This document shows positions 33,886 to 47,056 of a stretch of DNA of 64,000 nt, in pieces (within the stretch, counting starts at the first letter, position 1; each line of letters opens with the position of its first letter). Where the stretch lies: assembly GCA_031835245.2 (NCBI GenBank), contig JAVKOQ020000079.1, positions 62,001 through 126,000 on the forward strand, in the 5' to 3' direction. The notes below the pieces were generated by a model that saw nothing but the letters and a program-made list of their open reading frames with translations, was not told where the DNA came from and made no database searches. The DNA is from Balamuthia mandrillaris. Taxonomy: Eukaryota. Made by a program: the position numbers and the translations under genes.

Positions 33886-35461
33886 ATGAGCAGCGATAAA
33901 GAACGTTTATCCTCTTCTTCTTCCTCCTCCTCCTCTGCTTCTGAGACGGAAGAAGACGCCGCTCTCACCGCCAGCGGCCAAAAAGCAGCTCCAGCCTCTT
34001 TGTCTGCTTCTGCCACCAAAGCAAAACCAAAAGCGCGGAAAGCCGACGACGACATTGATGTTGACGACGACGACGACGACTCCCTCTCTCTGCAAGAAGA
34101 TGAAGAGGGCTCGGCAAAGAAGGGTCCCTCCGCGCCGAGGAGCATGCGACGCAGCGCGGCGGGCAAGAAGGAGAGGAAAGGAGCCGTCACCGAGTACAAC
34201 GATTACGAGGAGGACCTGGACAACGACGGCTGCTCCAACATCTTCAAGAGCATGCTGGCCATCCGGGGCTACCTCAACACCGTGCTGTGCTGCCCTTGCG
34301 GAGTGCTCGGCTGCGGGCCGGTCATTCGGGTGAGGGAGGGACAGAGGGCCGCCGTCATTCGGTATGGCAAGCTCCACCGCATTGTTGGGCCTGGTTCGTC
34401 TCGTTGCTGCTGCTTGTTCTTGTTTCTTCTTTCCTCTTCCTGTGTTCTTGTTCTTTTCCTCTTCAGCATATGCTTCTATCTTTGCTTCTTTGCTTCTGTC
34501 TTCCCTCCTTAATGCTTCCTGTTCTTCTTGTCTTTCTTCTCTCTGTAATGCTGCGTGAGCGTATTCTATTTCTAACCTGACGGCACCACAAAAAAAGGAA
34601 CGTACCATTACAACACTGGCACAGAACAGTTCCGGATCGAAAACATCCAAACCCGAACGCTCGATGTGCCCAAACAAAACATGCTCACCAGAGATAACGT
34701 GCGTTCTTCCTCTTCCTTCTTTCTTCCCCTTTCCTTTCGCTTTTTTTCTCTTCTTTCTTTCTTCGTCCTTCCTTCCTCCGTTCCTCCTTCTTTTCTCTCT
34801 CTTGCTAACATCCAACGAACAGGTGCCCGTCGAAATCAACGCAGTGATCTACTATCGCATCGAGGACATCCGCAAGGCCCTCTTCAACGTCTCCGACTTT
34901 TGCCAGGCCACCACCAACTTTGCGCAGTCCACTCTCCGCACGGTGGTGGGCGAGGTCACCCTCGACGAGCTCTTCTCCGATCGCCACAGCGTTAACACGC
35001 ACCTCACCGAGCTCATCGATGCGGCGACGGATGGGTGGGGTATCTTCGTCTCGGCGGTGGAGATCAAGGACCTGGTCATCCCGGTGGACATGCAGAGAAC
35101 CATGGCGGCCGTGGCGGAGGCCACGCGGGAGGGCTCCGCCAAGATCATCACCGCCAAGGCGGAGAAGGAGGCGGCGGCCACGCTGTCGGAGGCGGCGGAG
35201 GTGATGGCGAGAAACCCGATTGCCTTGCAGTTGAGGTACTACCAGACGTTGACGGAGATCTCGGCGGAGCACAACAGCACCATCGTGGTGCCGAGCGAGT
35301 TTACGCCGAACAGGAGGGACAAGTATGCGTCGTTCCTGGAAGGAAATGGAGGAGGTGCTTCTTCATCATCGCAGCAGAGAAAGAAGAAGAAAGGAGGAGC
35401 ACCGGATATGTCGTTCTTGTTGCCGAGCTCCACGATGAAGAGCAAAGGCAAAGATGAGTAA
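33886..35461 (+). CDS. Stomatin/SPFH (band 7) protein, paralog B
   Basis: Same motifs (MLTRDNV, INAVIYYRI, AQSTLRTVVG, LQLRYYQTL) with acidic N-terminal and basic C-terminal extensions. Confidence 0.95.
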
Positions 35462-35522
35462 CTTAACCCATAGTTTCTGTTATTTTCTGTTTTGTACATG
35501 TTTTTGTCAATTAGTAATTCAA

Positions 35523-36003
35523 TCAAAGCGAAGATTTGTAAGAAGAAGAGTCTTCTTCCTTGTCCTTTTCTTTCGGCTGTTCTTCTTTGTTGTTGTGTGA
35601 AGAGGAGGGTGACGACGATGCTGTTTGGGCGAAACGACGATCAAACTCTTCCATGAAGACAACGACAGTGGGTTTGTCCCAGTTGGTGAAACGGACTTCA
35701 CGAAGGCTGCTCTCTGGATGCTCTTTGAGAAACTCTGCCACTGTGTCTATGTTTCAATATGAAAAAAGAGATGAGATAAAGGGTAAAAAAAAGGGCATCA
35801 GCAAAAGAGGACATACCGAAAAGCATGGTGGCACAACGGGGCTACATTCCATTAAAATTGAGCGCATAATGAGAAAGTGAGAGAGGAAAGAAGATTAAAC
35901 TAAGCAAGAGAGATAGAAACCTTTGGGTATCCAAATATACCAGAAGATATGGCTGTAGAAAAAAGCGAGAGTCAGTTAGAATAAGGTTGAGAGGGAAAGA
36001 TAC

Positions 36004-36075
<72 letters not shown>

Positions 36076-37547
36076 AGAGAGACAGAGAGAGAGAATAAAC
36101 CAGGAATGGCGATGGAGCGAAGGCCTAATTCAGTAGCTTTGAGCAACGAATTAAGAACAGCACTACGTAGCTCAGCATCCTTTTCCACCATCTCCGCTTT
36201 GTTGGAGCGGAAACAAATGGGTCCTACCGCATGGATGATGCACCGAATATTGGACATGCGGCCTGGTCCCGTGACTGTTTAACTCTCGTCAGTAACCACT
36301 TTAGAGAGAGAGAGAGAGAGAAAACATCAGTAAAAACGTACCTGCAACGTTACCAGTTGCAACTGGACCATGCTTTCGTACCCACTCATCGCTTTCGCTT
36401 TGAACCTTCCTGTTTTTCATAACGAAGAAGAAAAGAGGCAAGAAGGTTGATAAAGAGGAAGGAGAACATTAGAAAAGCAAAAGGCTGACCATCCCCCGGC
36501 TCTCATAATGGCACCAGCAACGCCAGCGCCATGCGCCAAATGGGTGTTGGCTGCATTCACGATGGTATCCACCGCCTCTCCCGTGATGTCTCCATGTCGT
36601 ACTTGCAGAATTCTGCCGCATTGCGTCCTGTGCTCTCTCAGCAACTGGCTGGTGGATCTGTCCTCTCGTTCTTCTTCCGCTGCTTCACCCTTTTCCTCTT
36701 CCCCTCCTCGTTGCAGCTTCTTTGCTTGCTCTTCGTTTCTCGACTCCGTGGCCAGCGCACGTTGCTGCTGTAGTTTTTGCTGGTGCTGTGCTATCAAATG
36801 CTTGGTAACGCTTTTTCGTTTGGAGAGAAGAGCATCGTTAAGGTTGAGAAGCGGCGAAGACAACGCTCGATGCAACGTCCTTCTTTTGTTTGGAGGCATT
36901 TGTTGTTCTACCACTTTTCCTCTGTCTTCTTGTTCTTCTGCTTCCTCCTCCTCCTCGCGTGGTGCTTGTTTTCTCTTTTGTCCACTTACTCTCTTCTGTT
37001 CATCTTCTTCTTTCTCTTTCTCCTTCTCCACATTCTCTTTCCCTTGCTCTTTTGCCTCTCCCTCTTTCTCTTTCTCTTTCTCCACTGCGGCTGCTTTGTG
37101 TAGCGGCACCACAAACTCTGTAGCGGGTGATGAAGGGGAAGCCACCTTGCAAGGAGGAGGAGAAGGGACCCGTATGATGCTCTTCGGGATGGACAAAGAC
37201 CTTGGCAAGGGCTTGCTTGCCACCGTCGTTGTGGTGGTGGTGGTGGTTGTGGCGGTTGAGCCCTTTTTTTCGGCTGCAGCTACTGCTGCTACTTTTTTCT
37301 TGGCGTCCTCTTCTCCTTGCGGAGGGGAGGCCTTGGCCGGGAAGAACTGGGAGAGCTGTCGTGTAAGACGAAAGTAAGGTTGGTAGCCATGGCGGGGGTG
37401 GTGGTGGTGGTGGGAGAAGAAGCTTGTGGTGGTGGTGGTGGTGGTGGAGGTGATTGAAAGACGACGCGCTGAAGCAAAGGAGAGGAGACAGCAAGAGGAA
37501 GAAGCAGGAAAAGAGGAGGAGCAAAGACGTACCCTTGTTTGGTGCAT
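35523..37547 (-). CDS. Macrodomain (MacroD-type ADP-ribose glycohydrolase-like) protein (multi-exon)
   Basis: [52 protein letters not shown]; Arg/Ser-rich, acid-free N-terminus resembles a mitochondrial presequence. Confidence 0.9.
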
Positions 37548-37979
37548 CTTTCTTTTCTCTTTGTGGTGTAACGCCTTCAACTCTTTCCCGCTCTTTTTTT
37601 TTTTTTGTGCTTGCCATTTACCAATCCGACGTCATTTATTGCAAGATTTGGAATACACATACGTGGCAACGAACATCTTGATGATTTTCAACGTCGATCG
37701 GCGAGGTGCACAATCTATTCAATTGACCGACGCGCAGTGGTTTGGTTTGGCAGTGGTCCTTGTCGACACTGATTTTCCCCAGCTGGAGGCAGCAGGGAAG
37801 GGCAGGGACTTTTCTTGCTGCCCTTTTTTCCCTTTCCATTTCAGTTCAGTGAATTATGTAGACATGGATATTGGATCTCTGGTTGCATTGGTGGATCTGA
37901 TACTCACCGGGAGATGCACTCTAAAAACAAGCTATAGGGGTTTGCTTCAGAAATAAAACAAACAAACAAACAAACCACA

Positions 37980-40545
37980 ATGAACGATGCGACAATGGCA
38001 ACAGAGGAAAGCTCCTCCTCCTCCTCTTTCTCCCGCTTGGACGACCGGCCATTGACGTCGAGCACCACCATCGCCAGTTCTCCTTCTCTTGGACGAAACA
38101 AGTCATGGAGCTCCCGAGGGACCCCTGCTGCTCCGTCGTTGCCTGCCTCCAGCAACAAGCAAAGGAGGAGAAGGAAGCTCTCCCTGCCTTCGTTGTTTGC
38201 GCCCGCCCACCACCTCAACAAAGCAGCAAACGGTACAGGTAGCAAAGACAAAGTTGGTGCCGCTTATGACTTTGATGATGCAGAAGTGAAAGAAGCGAAA
38301 GCAGAACAAGAAGCGGAACAATGGCAACGACCGAATAGGGATGAGATCGAAAGGGTAGAAAAAGAGGATGGAGGAAAAGAGCAGGCAAAAGAGAAAGAAA
38401 AAGAAAAGGAGAGACTTCTTATCGGCCACCTCCTTCGAAGGAAGCACACGAAGCTGAAAACACCTGAGGAGCCGATTCAAGGCCTTGACTCTGGTGGGAC
38501 TGAAGGTGAACCAGCGGCGTGTCTTGCCAACTTTCCTGATGAACTGTTCCTTCACATCCTTGCGTATTTGGGTTTGGAAGAACTGGGCACCATCGCGTTG
38601 GTGTGCCGCAAGCTGCTGGTATTCTTCCTTTGCCTTTTCGGCTTCCGTCCTGCTGCTCTTTCCTTCCCTCTTTCTCTGCGTCTGAACATCAAGCCTTTCT
38701 TGTCTGCTGCTCAACAAAAAGGTTCTTTCCGAAGATGACAGTCTATGGCGTGGCTTTTGTGAGCATAGATGGCGGAACAAGACTTTAGCAGGTTCTCCAT
38801 CCTCGTCCGCTTCTTCTTTTGGGGGGCCATCACCATCTCCCTACAATGACGGCAACGTGAGGACTTCTTGGAAGCGAGTCTACCTGTATAAGTCATGTGT
38901 GAACAAGACCTGGATGTCTCCTACGTATCGCCCGGGGGTCACGACGCTCACCGGCCATAAAGCGGACGTGCTTAAAGTGCGCTTCAACGAGAGCCTCATT
39001 GTCAGTGGCTCCAAAGACCGAAGCATCAAAATGTGGAACGTTCATACTGGCCAGTGCCTTAGAACCCTTCAGGGACACCGAGGTTTGTTCATTTGTTTCA
39101 CCGCTCTTCTCCCTTCCCTCTGTACCTCTTCTGTTTGTTCTTCCCTTAGTCGTCCTTCGAATCTACCCCTCTTCCGTCTGTTCTTCCTTCTCCCCTTCAT
39201 TCTCTCTTACAAGGACGCCCAAAGGGAACGTCTACTGTGTACGATTTGACGATAACAGGGTGGTCAGCTGCAGCCAAGACCAGACCATAAAAGTATGGGA
39301 CATCGAGACAGGCAAATGCATGCGCACCCTGCGAGGCCATACCGACCAAGTGTGGTGCGTACGTTTCGATGAGGAAAGTATAGTCAGGTTTGTTGTTCTA
39401 TTTCTCCCTCTTCCCTGGTGAATGCTTTCATTCTCTCTTCCTCTTTTCTCACCGCATGAGAATGAGCAGTGGCGGCTTCGATCATACGTTGAAGATATGG
39501 GACCTTCACTCCAAAAAGTGTCTTAGCACACTTACTGGGCATACGTTCGTATTCCCATCCTAGAACAATTCATCAAAGCTTGTTAAAACGCTTTATTGTG
39601 AACATAGGCATTATGTCTACGACCTGCAGTTTGATAAAGAAAAGGTGGTAAGCTGTGCGGCTCATCCGGACAACACCATCCGCATCTGGGATCAAAGAAA
39701 GGGGCGATGCCGCAACGTGCTCACTGGCCATTCTCACTATGTCTACTGCCTCCAATACGACCACGAAAAAATTGTATTCTTTTCCTCTTTTTCTGTCCTC
39801 TTATTTTCTTCTTCTACTTCTTGCGTGTTCTTCTTGCGTGTTCTTCTTTAGTGTTCATTATCCCGTTTTGTCTTGTTCATTCTTCTTTCTCTTTCGTTGT
39901 TTCTCTTTCTCTTCTCCTGTAGTTTGACAATAAGAACATCACACAATATAGAAAAGCGGCAGTGGAGACCAACAGATAAAGATATGGGACATTCAAACCG
40001 GAGAATGCACGGACACCCTCCAGGCTCACACTTCCGCCGTTTGGGCCATCCAATTCGACGAAGACAAGATAGTGAGCGGGAGCACCGACCAGTCCATCCG
40101 CATCTGGGACATCCACACCAAGAAGGTGGTCAACACTCTCCATGGCCACTCCGAGTCCGTTGCAACCCTTCAGTTTGATGACGAGAAGATCATCAGCGGC
40201 TCCGCCGACCGCACTCTCAAGGTCTGGAACTTTCGAGGTCGTCGATATAGACAACGAAAGAATGGAAGAGAAGCGAATGAAAGAGCAGTTCGGTCAGCAT
40301 GGGCAGCGGCAACGGCAGAGGGCAAGCCCTTTTGCTTGGAGTTGAGCGGCGACGACGAGGATGAAGAGGATGAAGATGAGATCGTGCCAAGCTATCAGAG
40401 GAGCAATTTTTACATAGGAGGCTCCTCACCATCACCTTTTATGCATCGGTATCATTATTATCGAGGTGGCAGTGGTGGCGGTGGTGGTGGTGAACCTCCA
40501 GCTTCCTTTGCCCGCAGCAACGAAAAGAAATGTGTTATTTGTTAG
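37980..40545 (+). CDS. F-box/WD40 protein (FBXW7/beta-TrCP-like; multi-exon)
   Basis: F-box [26 protein letters not shown]; many TL.GH...V.C..FD...IVSGS.D.TI..WD repeats. Confidence 0.92.
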
Positions 40546-41654
40546 TTAGCTTTGCGAGTTTGCTATCATCCACAGAGCATGCCTTCTTCTCTTCTGCTTC
40601 TCTTCCCCTTTTCTTGTGTTGTTTCTCCTCCATCTTTCTCTGCTTCACTTTTTGCTCAAAGTGGAGGAGGGCTCTTTTGTTGTCCAATCCTCCACTGAAG
40701 CCACGAAGTGAGCCGTCCGCCCCAATCACCCGATGGCAGGGCACGCAGATGCCCAATGGGTTGGCTCCATTACTTGCCCCCACAGCTCTTTGAGAGAGGG
40801 AAAACAGTAAGTAGATCGGCAAAGAGGAATGATAGAAAGAAAAGCAAGAGAGAAAGCAAGAAATAACACGACAAAGAAGAAAGCAAAAAAATTGTGAAAT
40901 GGCCTGGCCTACCTGACAGCTTTAGGTTTGCCAATGGTTCTCGCAATGGCGCTATACGATGTGGTGGTCCCAAACGGGATCGTTTGAAGGTGCTGCCAAA
41001 CCGACTATCAACATTGAATAACAAAAGTTTTAGCGTTTCGCAACAAGACAAGACAAAACAAAACAAAACAAACCTTTTGAAAGTCAGTAGCGAAAGGATG
41101 CTTGAATGGGAGGTCGAACTGAAGCCGTTCTCCACCAAAGTATTCTTGCAGCTGTGTTATTGCACGATGCAAAATGGGAGACTACAAAAGAAGAAAAAAG
41201 AGAAAAAAGAAAATAAATAACAGAAAAAGAAGATAAATAACAGAAAAAACAGAAAAAGAACAAGAAAAAGAAAAAGAAAAATAAAAAGAAAAAGAATAAA
41301 AAGAAAAAGATCAAAAGAAAAAAAAGAAAAAGGAGAAGGAACCTTTTGAGAAAGAGCATCAGGGTTATCGTTGCAAGGAACAAAGCGCCAGGCCGGAGGA
41401 ATGCCACTTTGGTTGCGTGGATAAGACGTGCAAAAGTGAACCATGTAGAGCCCTTCCTCATCCGCTGCAAGCAACAAATGAAGCGGAGCCAAAGCGTGGA
41501 GGTTGGCAAGGTCCTGCAGTTCCGGCACAGCCGTTCGCCAGTCCAACGTCCACTCTGTGTAGACCAGCGGGAGGCCCTTGTACAATAAAAAGTCGCCTCG
41601 CAAAGGGGAGGAGGCCCGCCGAGGCGACGCTGGTGCTGCGCTAGGCTCTTCCAT
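40535..41654 (-). CDS. MGMT: O6-methylguanine-DNA methyltransferase (multi-exon)
   Basis: [44 protein letters not shown]; upstream F+..V...L..IPFG.T.SY segment. Confidence 0.92.
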
Positions 41655-42492
41655 CTCTCTCTTCCAGTTGTTAAAATTCAGTGGTAGAATTTTTCTTAGA
41701 AAAAATTCATTAAAATATATATTTTGCCGACAAGCAGCGAAAGTGTTACCGCAAAGAGTCGAACTGAAGGCAGTCAGAAAAATGTCGACAAATTCAGAAA
41801 AATAAAAATGGTAATCGATGAGAGTCGAACAGCCGGAATTCAACCGTTTGAGGCACGTGTTTTTTTTTTTGCAGGTTTTTTCAGGGTTGAACAAAACTGA
41901 GAGTCGCGGCATACCAAACTGGCCACCCTGCGTTGCACCGTCGGGATTTAAAGGTAATGGTTGTGTGTGAATAAATCAGGGGGAAAAGCAAGGAGTTTGG
42001 CAGTAGGTAGAAAACCTTACACCTAGGAGCAATCACCATGGAGAGCTGCCAAACTCCTTAACACAAATAGAACATAGCCATTCCCTTTACCCTCTGCGAG
42101 GAAACGGTTTCCCCTACTATTCTTCACCATCCATTGGCATGGTACGCCGTCAACCGCTTCCACCTTTCCCCTATTTTTGTTTTCGCATTGCAACAGCGAG
42201 ATGCGCAAACCTCCTCCTGTAACAAACAATTGCCGGCATCCGCCTTTATCCGATTTTCGGATTTGGACACCAAATGTCCAGTAAACTGGGCGACTTGGCC
42301 ATGCTGAAATGGGCAAGAGAGAACGGATTCTTCCCCTGGAATGAACAGACTTGTAGATTGTGCTGTTTATAATGGACATTCGGAAGTGTCGGAATGGGCA
42401 AAGGAGAACCCCTTGAGATGGATACAGAGCGTTGTACAGTTGTTGATATGGGCAGAGAAGGAAAAAAGAACACACACACAGTTGACTTTTTT

Positions 42493-43932
42493 TTATAAAA
42501 CACCAAAGTTGTGGCGAGCCAGGAATTGCTCGCACTGCCTAACATGATATACAGAACATATCTCTTCAAACAACGTTTTTGCGTTCTCTACTTGTCTCAC
42601 TCTCCAGTCTTCACCGCCGTCATCTCCTTTTTCTTTCAGTTTTGATGAAGGAAGAGGATAAACTGCCGTCCACTGAAGCAACAGCGCTTTTGCAAACGGT
42701 TTGGTGCAATGATCTCCCATCAAGCCAAGTGCCCTGCTCCAACAACGATGTGCTCGAAAGTGGTCTCCTCGCATAGCAAAAGTCAGGCCTATAGCCACCC
42801 ACAACCATTCTTGAATGGCATATTCAAAGGACAGCTGTTGTAGCCAATCGCAGAGCGTGTCTGCCAGTCGAATGAACTCTTCAGCCTTGGTTGTTGCTCC
42901 TTCTTCATCGTTGTTCTTTCGGTCGTGGTGATGCTTCCAAAGTGCGTAACATTGTTCGAAGCAGAGTTGCAAAGAGATGAACATACGGAACTGAGTGACC
43001 ACTCCCGCCGAACAGAGTTGCATGGCTTTCCTAAAGAATAGTTCCAGCTCATCCCATCGCTCCTCCAACAAACAAGCCTGAGCCAATCTACAGTAGTAAC
43101 TCATTCTCGCCAGTGCAGAAACCTTGTGCATACCTCGCTGCTTCATCTCTCTGTCCACTTTTCTTGCTTCCTCCACTTTGCCGACTCTCAGCCACAACAG
43201 GCTCTGCAAACGAAGCGCGCTCTCCGCAGTGGCCAATGGAAAGCCTCCTCGTTTATGGATGACTCGTTCCACAAGCTCCTCAGCAATGGTTAGAGCTTTT
43301 TTGGTATCTCCAGCGGCATAAAGCAAGTTCAAGTGGATGGCTTGCATGTCGTCCAGTCCTTCCGCATTGCCCTCTCTGGCCAGCGCTTGCGCTCCTTGTT
43401 CAGCGGCTTGGAGGGCAGCAGGAAGCGTTTTGCTGTCGCGAATGTTGAGCAGCTTGAGGCGGCCGTTGGCTTGCATGCGAGTAGACATGGAGCCCTGGCA
43501 ATGGAGAAGGAGATGTTCCACTTTGCGAGAGTAGAGTCTGTGAACCCATCGCCATCCTAGCCCCCACCTCTTTGGTGGAAACCTTTGGTGTTGGTGAATG
43601 ATTATTAATGCAACGAGAAAAACAACAACAAGAAGCAGAACAAGACGAAGCAGCACTCCAACAAAAGCTTAAGAGGAAAGAGTAAAAAACCTTTGGTGGG
43701 TGGATCCACCGAGTTCCATGACAAGATAAGAGTAACTGTCCATCATCAAGTTTGGATCGTCCAGCAACTCCGCCAAGTTGATCATCTGCAAGTTACAAAG
43801 TAAAAAATGGTCCACGTCCCATGCTAATACGTTGCCAGTACTGGAGAAAGAGTCAACACAGATGAGAACGGACAAGGAAGAAAAGAAAGAAAGAAAGAAA
43901 CGACAAGAAAGAAACGACAAGAAAGAAACGAC

Positions 43933-44024
<92 letters not shown>

Positions 44025-46471
44025 AACGACAAGAAAGAAAGAAAGAAAGAAAGAAACGACAAGAAAGAAACTACAAGAAAGAAAGAAATGCGTACAAATA
44101 CAGCCGAAGGTACGCTTTGTAACACAGGCGAAGCATACGATCTCCTCTGCGCCTCCCTAAGAAGACTTTTGGATAGAGATGATGAAGCAAGTTGGCGCGA
44201 AGTATGTCTAACAGTCCGTCTGATGCTTTCGATTCTGGATAAGGTCGTCCTAAACGTTTCAAACCGGCTTTGATGCTTTTGACTCCTTCTCTGTAATTCC
44301 CTGTCTTTTGTTGTGCTATACCGATCATTATTTCCAACGAGCCAATTCTCCAACTTTCGTCTTCTTCTTCTTCTTCGGCTTCACGTCCAACTGTTTCTTC
44401 TTTTCCTGCTGAAGCACTCATCTTTTCCTGTTCTTCGTTTGACTTTTTTGCTGTTCCTTCTGTGTCGTAAGGAGAAGAGACTGACGGAGACAAAGAAGCA
44501 GTAGAAGGAGACGAAGAAGAATCATGATGAAGAGATAAAGAACTAGAAGATGAAGAAGGAGAAGATGGAGTTAACATTCTCCAAGGATGACGCTGTCCCT
44601 CTTTTTCAAGGGCGAGAGCTTTCTTCCAGGCTCTGATGGCTTCCATAAATGCGTTATTCTTGTTGGCAGCTGCTGCAGCTTTCTTATAGAAGAAGAGAGC
44701 TTTTTGCGGGATGCGAGCCCCGTCATAGTGATGAGCTATAAGGGGGTAAGTGAGCTGAGTGTTGCCATGCTTCTCTTCCAACCATTCGGCAATCATCCGA
44801 TGGGCTAATTGCCTCTTGGTAAACGGGATGGTCGTGTAAATAGTTTCTGACGACAAGAGTTAAACATCCTTCGAAAGAAACAAACACCAAACACAAAGAC
44901 ATAACGAAAGAAACAGTTTGACAGAAGAACAAAAGAACTTACTTTGAATAAAAGGATTCTTCACAAAGTAGATGAGCTCCTGCGAATCACCAAACCGGCT
45001 CAAAAAGTCCATCCTTACCAGCTCCTCTAGTTCGTCCTTAATCGTTATGCCTTGCTTAAACAGCTGCTCCAAGTAACCCATCCTCCTTGCCAGCTCTTGT
45101 GCATGGTCCACATGAAACCTCATCGCCAAGATGGAAGCCATTCGAAGGAGGACCTGTTGGGGAAGTGGCAAGGAATCCAATTGACTGAGTATTGCAGTTT
45201 CCAAAGAGATTGGTAAGCTATGCTCTTCTCTTTCTTCTTCCTCTTCATTTCTGTAACTTTGTTCGCCTCCTTCGTTGTCTTCTTCATTGTCTTTGCTTCT
45301 TTCGTTTTGTTCGGCTGCTTTCCTCCTGCATTCCCTTTGAAGGTGTTTAGCGAGGATGGAAGCTATTAGGGGATTGCCTTTGCTGAACGAAACAAGGCTG
45401 TTGCGTTGAGAAGGAGTGATGCGTTTGCAGCCGGAAACAACGAGGGCCAATCTATAGATCTCCTCCTCTTCCATTGGGCGAAGTTCGATAATCGTTGCGT
45501 TCTCATCTTTTGCCAACACCTTTTGCCAGTGTGGCAGTTGTTCTTGTTGCTCTTCATTTTCATCATCTTCTTCATCTTCTTGGTCGTCGTTCGTGGAAGC
45601 AGCTGCAGAAGAAGATGAAGATGAATCTGCTCCGCTTCTTCTTGTTCGAAGTTGGCGTCGAAGAGGAATAGGTCGTCCTAATAACATGACGAAACAATCG
45701 TTGGCGAGATGGTCTCCTTTGCTGTAAAGTTGCTTGACGGTGTCGAGAATGTACGCTAAACCTCTCCATGATGACGAATCCATCCAATGACAGTTTTCTA
45801 TGACGATGATGATGGGAAGAGAAGTCATATCGATGACCGTTTGCACCACGTAGGAAATGATAGTAATCATCATTCGCTCTCGCTTTTCTCCTGTCAATTG
45901 TTTGGTCTCTGCAATACACATATTATTTTGTATAAAAGTTATATAACAAAAAAAAAAAAGAAGAGAAGAAGAAACCTTCGTTTTCTTCTAGATTGACTGG
46001 CATAAAGGCGCTAAGCAATGGAGCATACTTTAACAATTCAGGTTCCTTCTTCAATACATCCAAAAATACCTCCAACATATCCGCTTGTTGAGTTGTGTGC
46101 TGGAACAACTGCGAAAAAACCTGGTAAAACACAAACCATGGGGTTGCTTTTATAATAGGGGAGAGTTAAACACACAAGAGCATTTGAGATAAGTGAAAAA
46201 GAAAGAGGATGAACCTTGTTCCACTTCAGTGGCTTGAACGTCCACTTCAATGGCAGTCGGAAAGTAGCTCAACAACTCGCTGAGAAGGACTGTCTTTCCC
46301 ATGCCTGATTCACCGTACAGATAGACAATTTTGAACCTACGATTGTCAAGATACTCCGCCATCAGTTGCTTCAACAGCGCTCTTTCGTTCTCACGTCCAA
46401 CTATCATATCCTACCATTTGATTTGTTATTACTTCAAGGCAACAGAGAGAAGGAGAGAAGAGAAGAAGATC

Positions 46472-46508
<37 letters not shown>

Positions 46509-46909
46509 TACCTTGTCGGCACTGTCGATACGTGGCATCCTTCTTCTTCCAAGACTGGGCGTAAACACAGGTACCGCTTTCTCTTTGCCTTTTACTAGAA
46601 TGTCTTCCATTCGCTTCAACAAAAACGTGGCTCCCATCTCTCTAACCGCTCTCTCCGTCGTTTCATCAATGAATATGGCGCCTTTTTCTCGTTTCTCTCC
46701 GTTTTCATCTTCCAACGATAAGCTGTTGTGATGACGAGCAGCTGCTCCCATCAAGCGAGCGCTGAGGTTGACGCAGTCTCCAACAATGCAATACTCACAT
46801 CGAGAGAGACTTCCAATGTTACCGCAGAAAGCGCGGCCCGTTGTAACACCGATAGAGTTTGGCACGTTTAATGCAAGCAACTTTTGAGGAAGTAAAGAGA
46901 GTGAGATAA

Positions 46910-46946
<37 letters not shown>

Positions 46947-46998
46947 AGCAGAAAGAGAGAAAGAAAGAGAGAGAGAAGCAGAAAGAGAGAAAGAAAGA

Positions 46999-47056
<58 letters not shown>

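Noticed and set aside
42023..42535. 170-aa ORF downstream of the cyclase gene
   Set aside because: No recognisable motifs and it overlaps the cyclase stop; cannot be supported as a gene.
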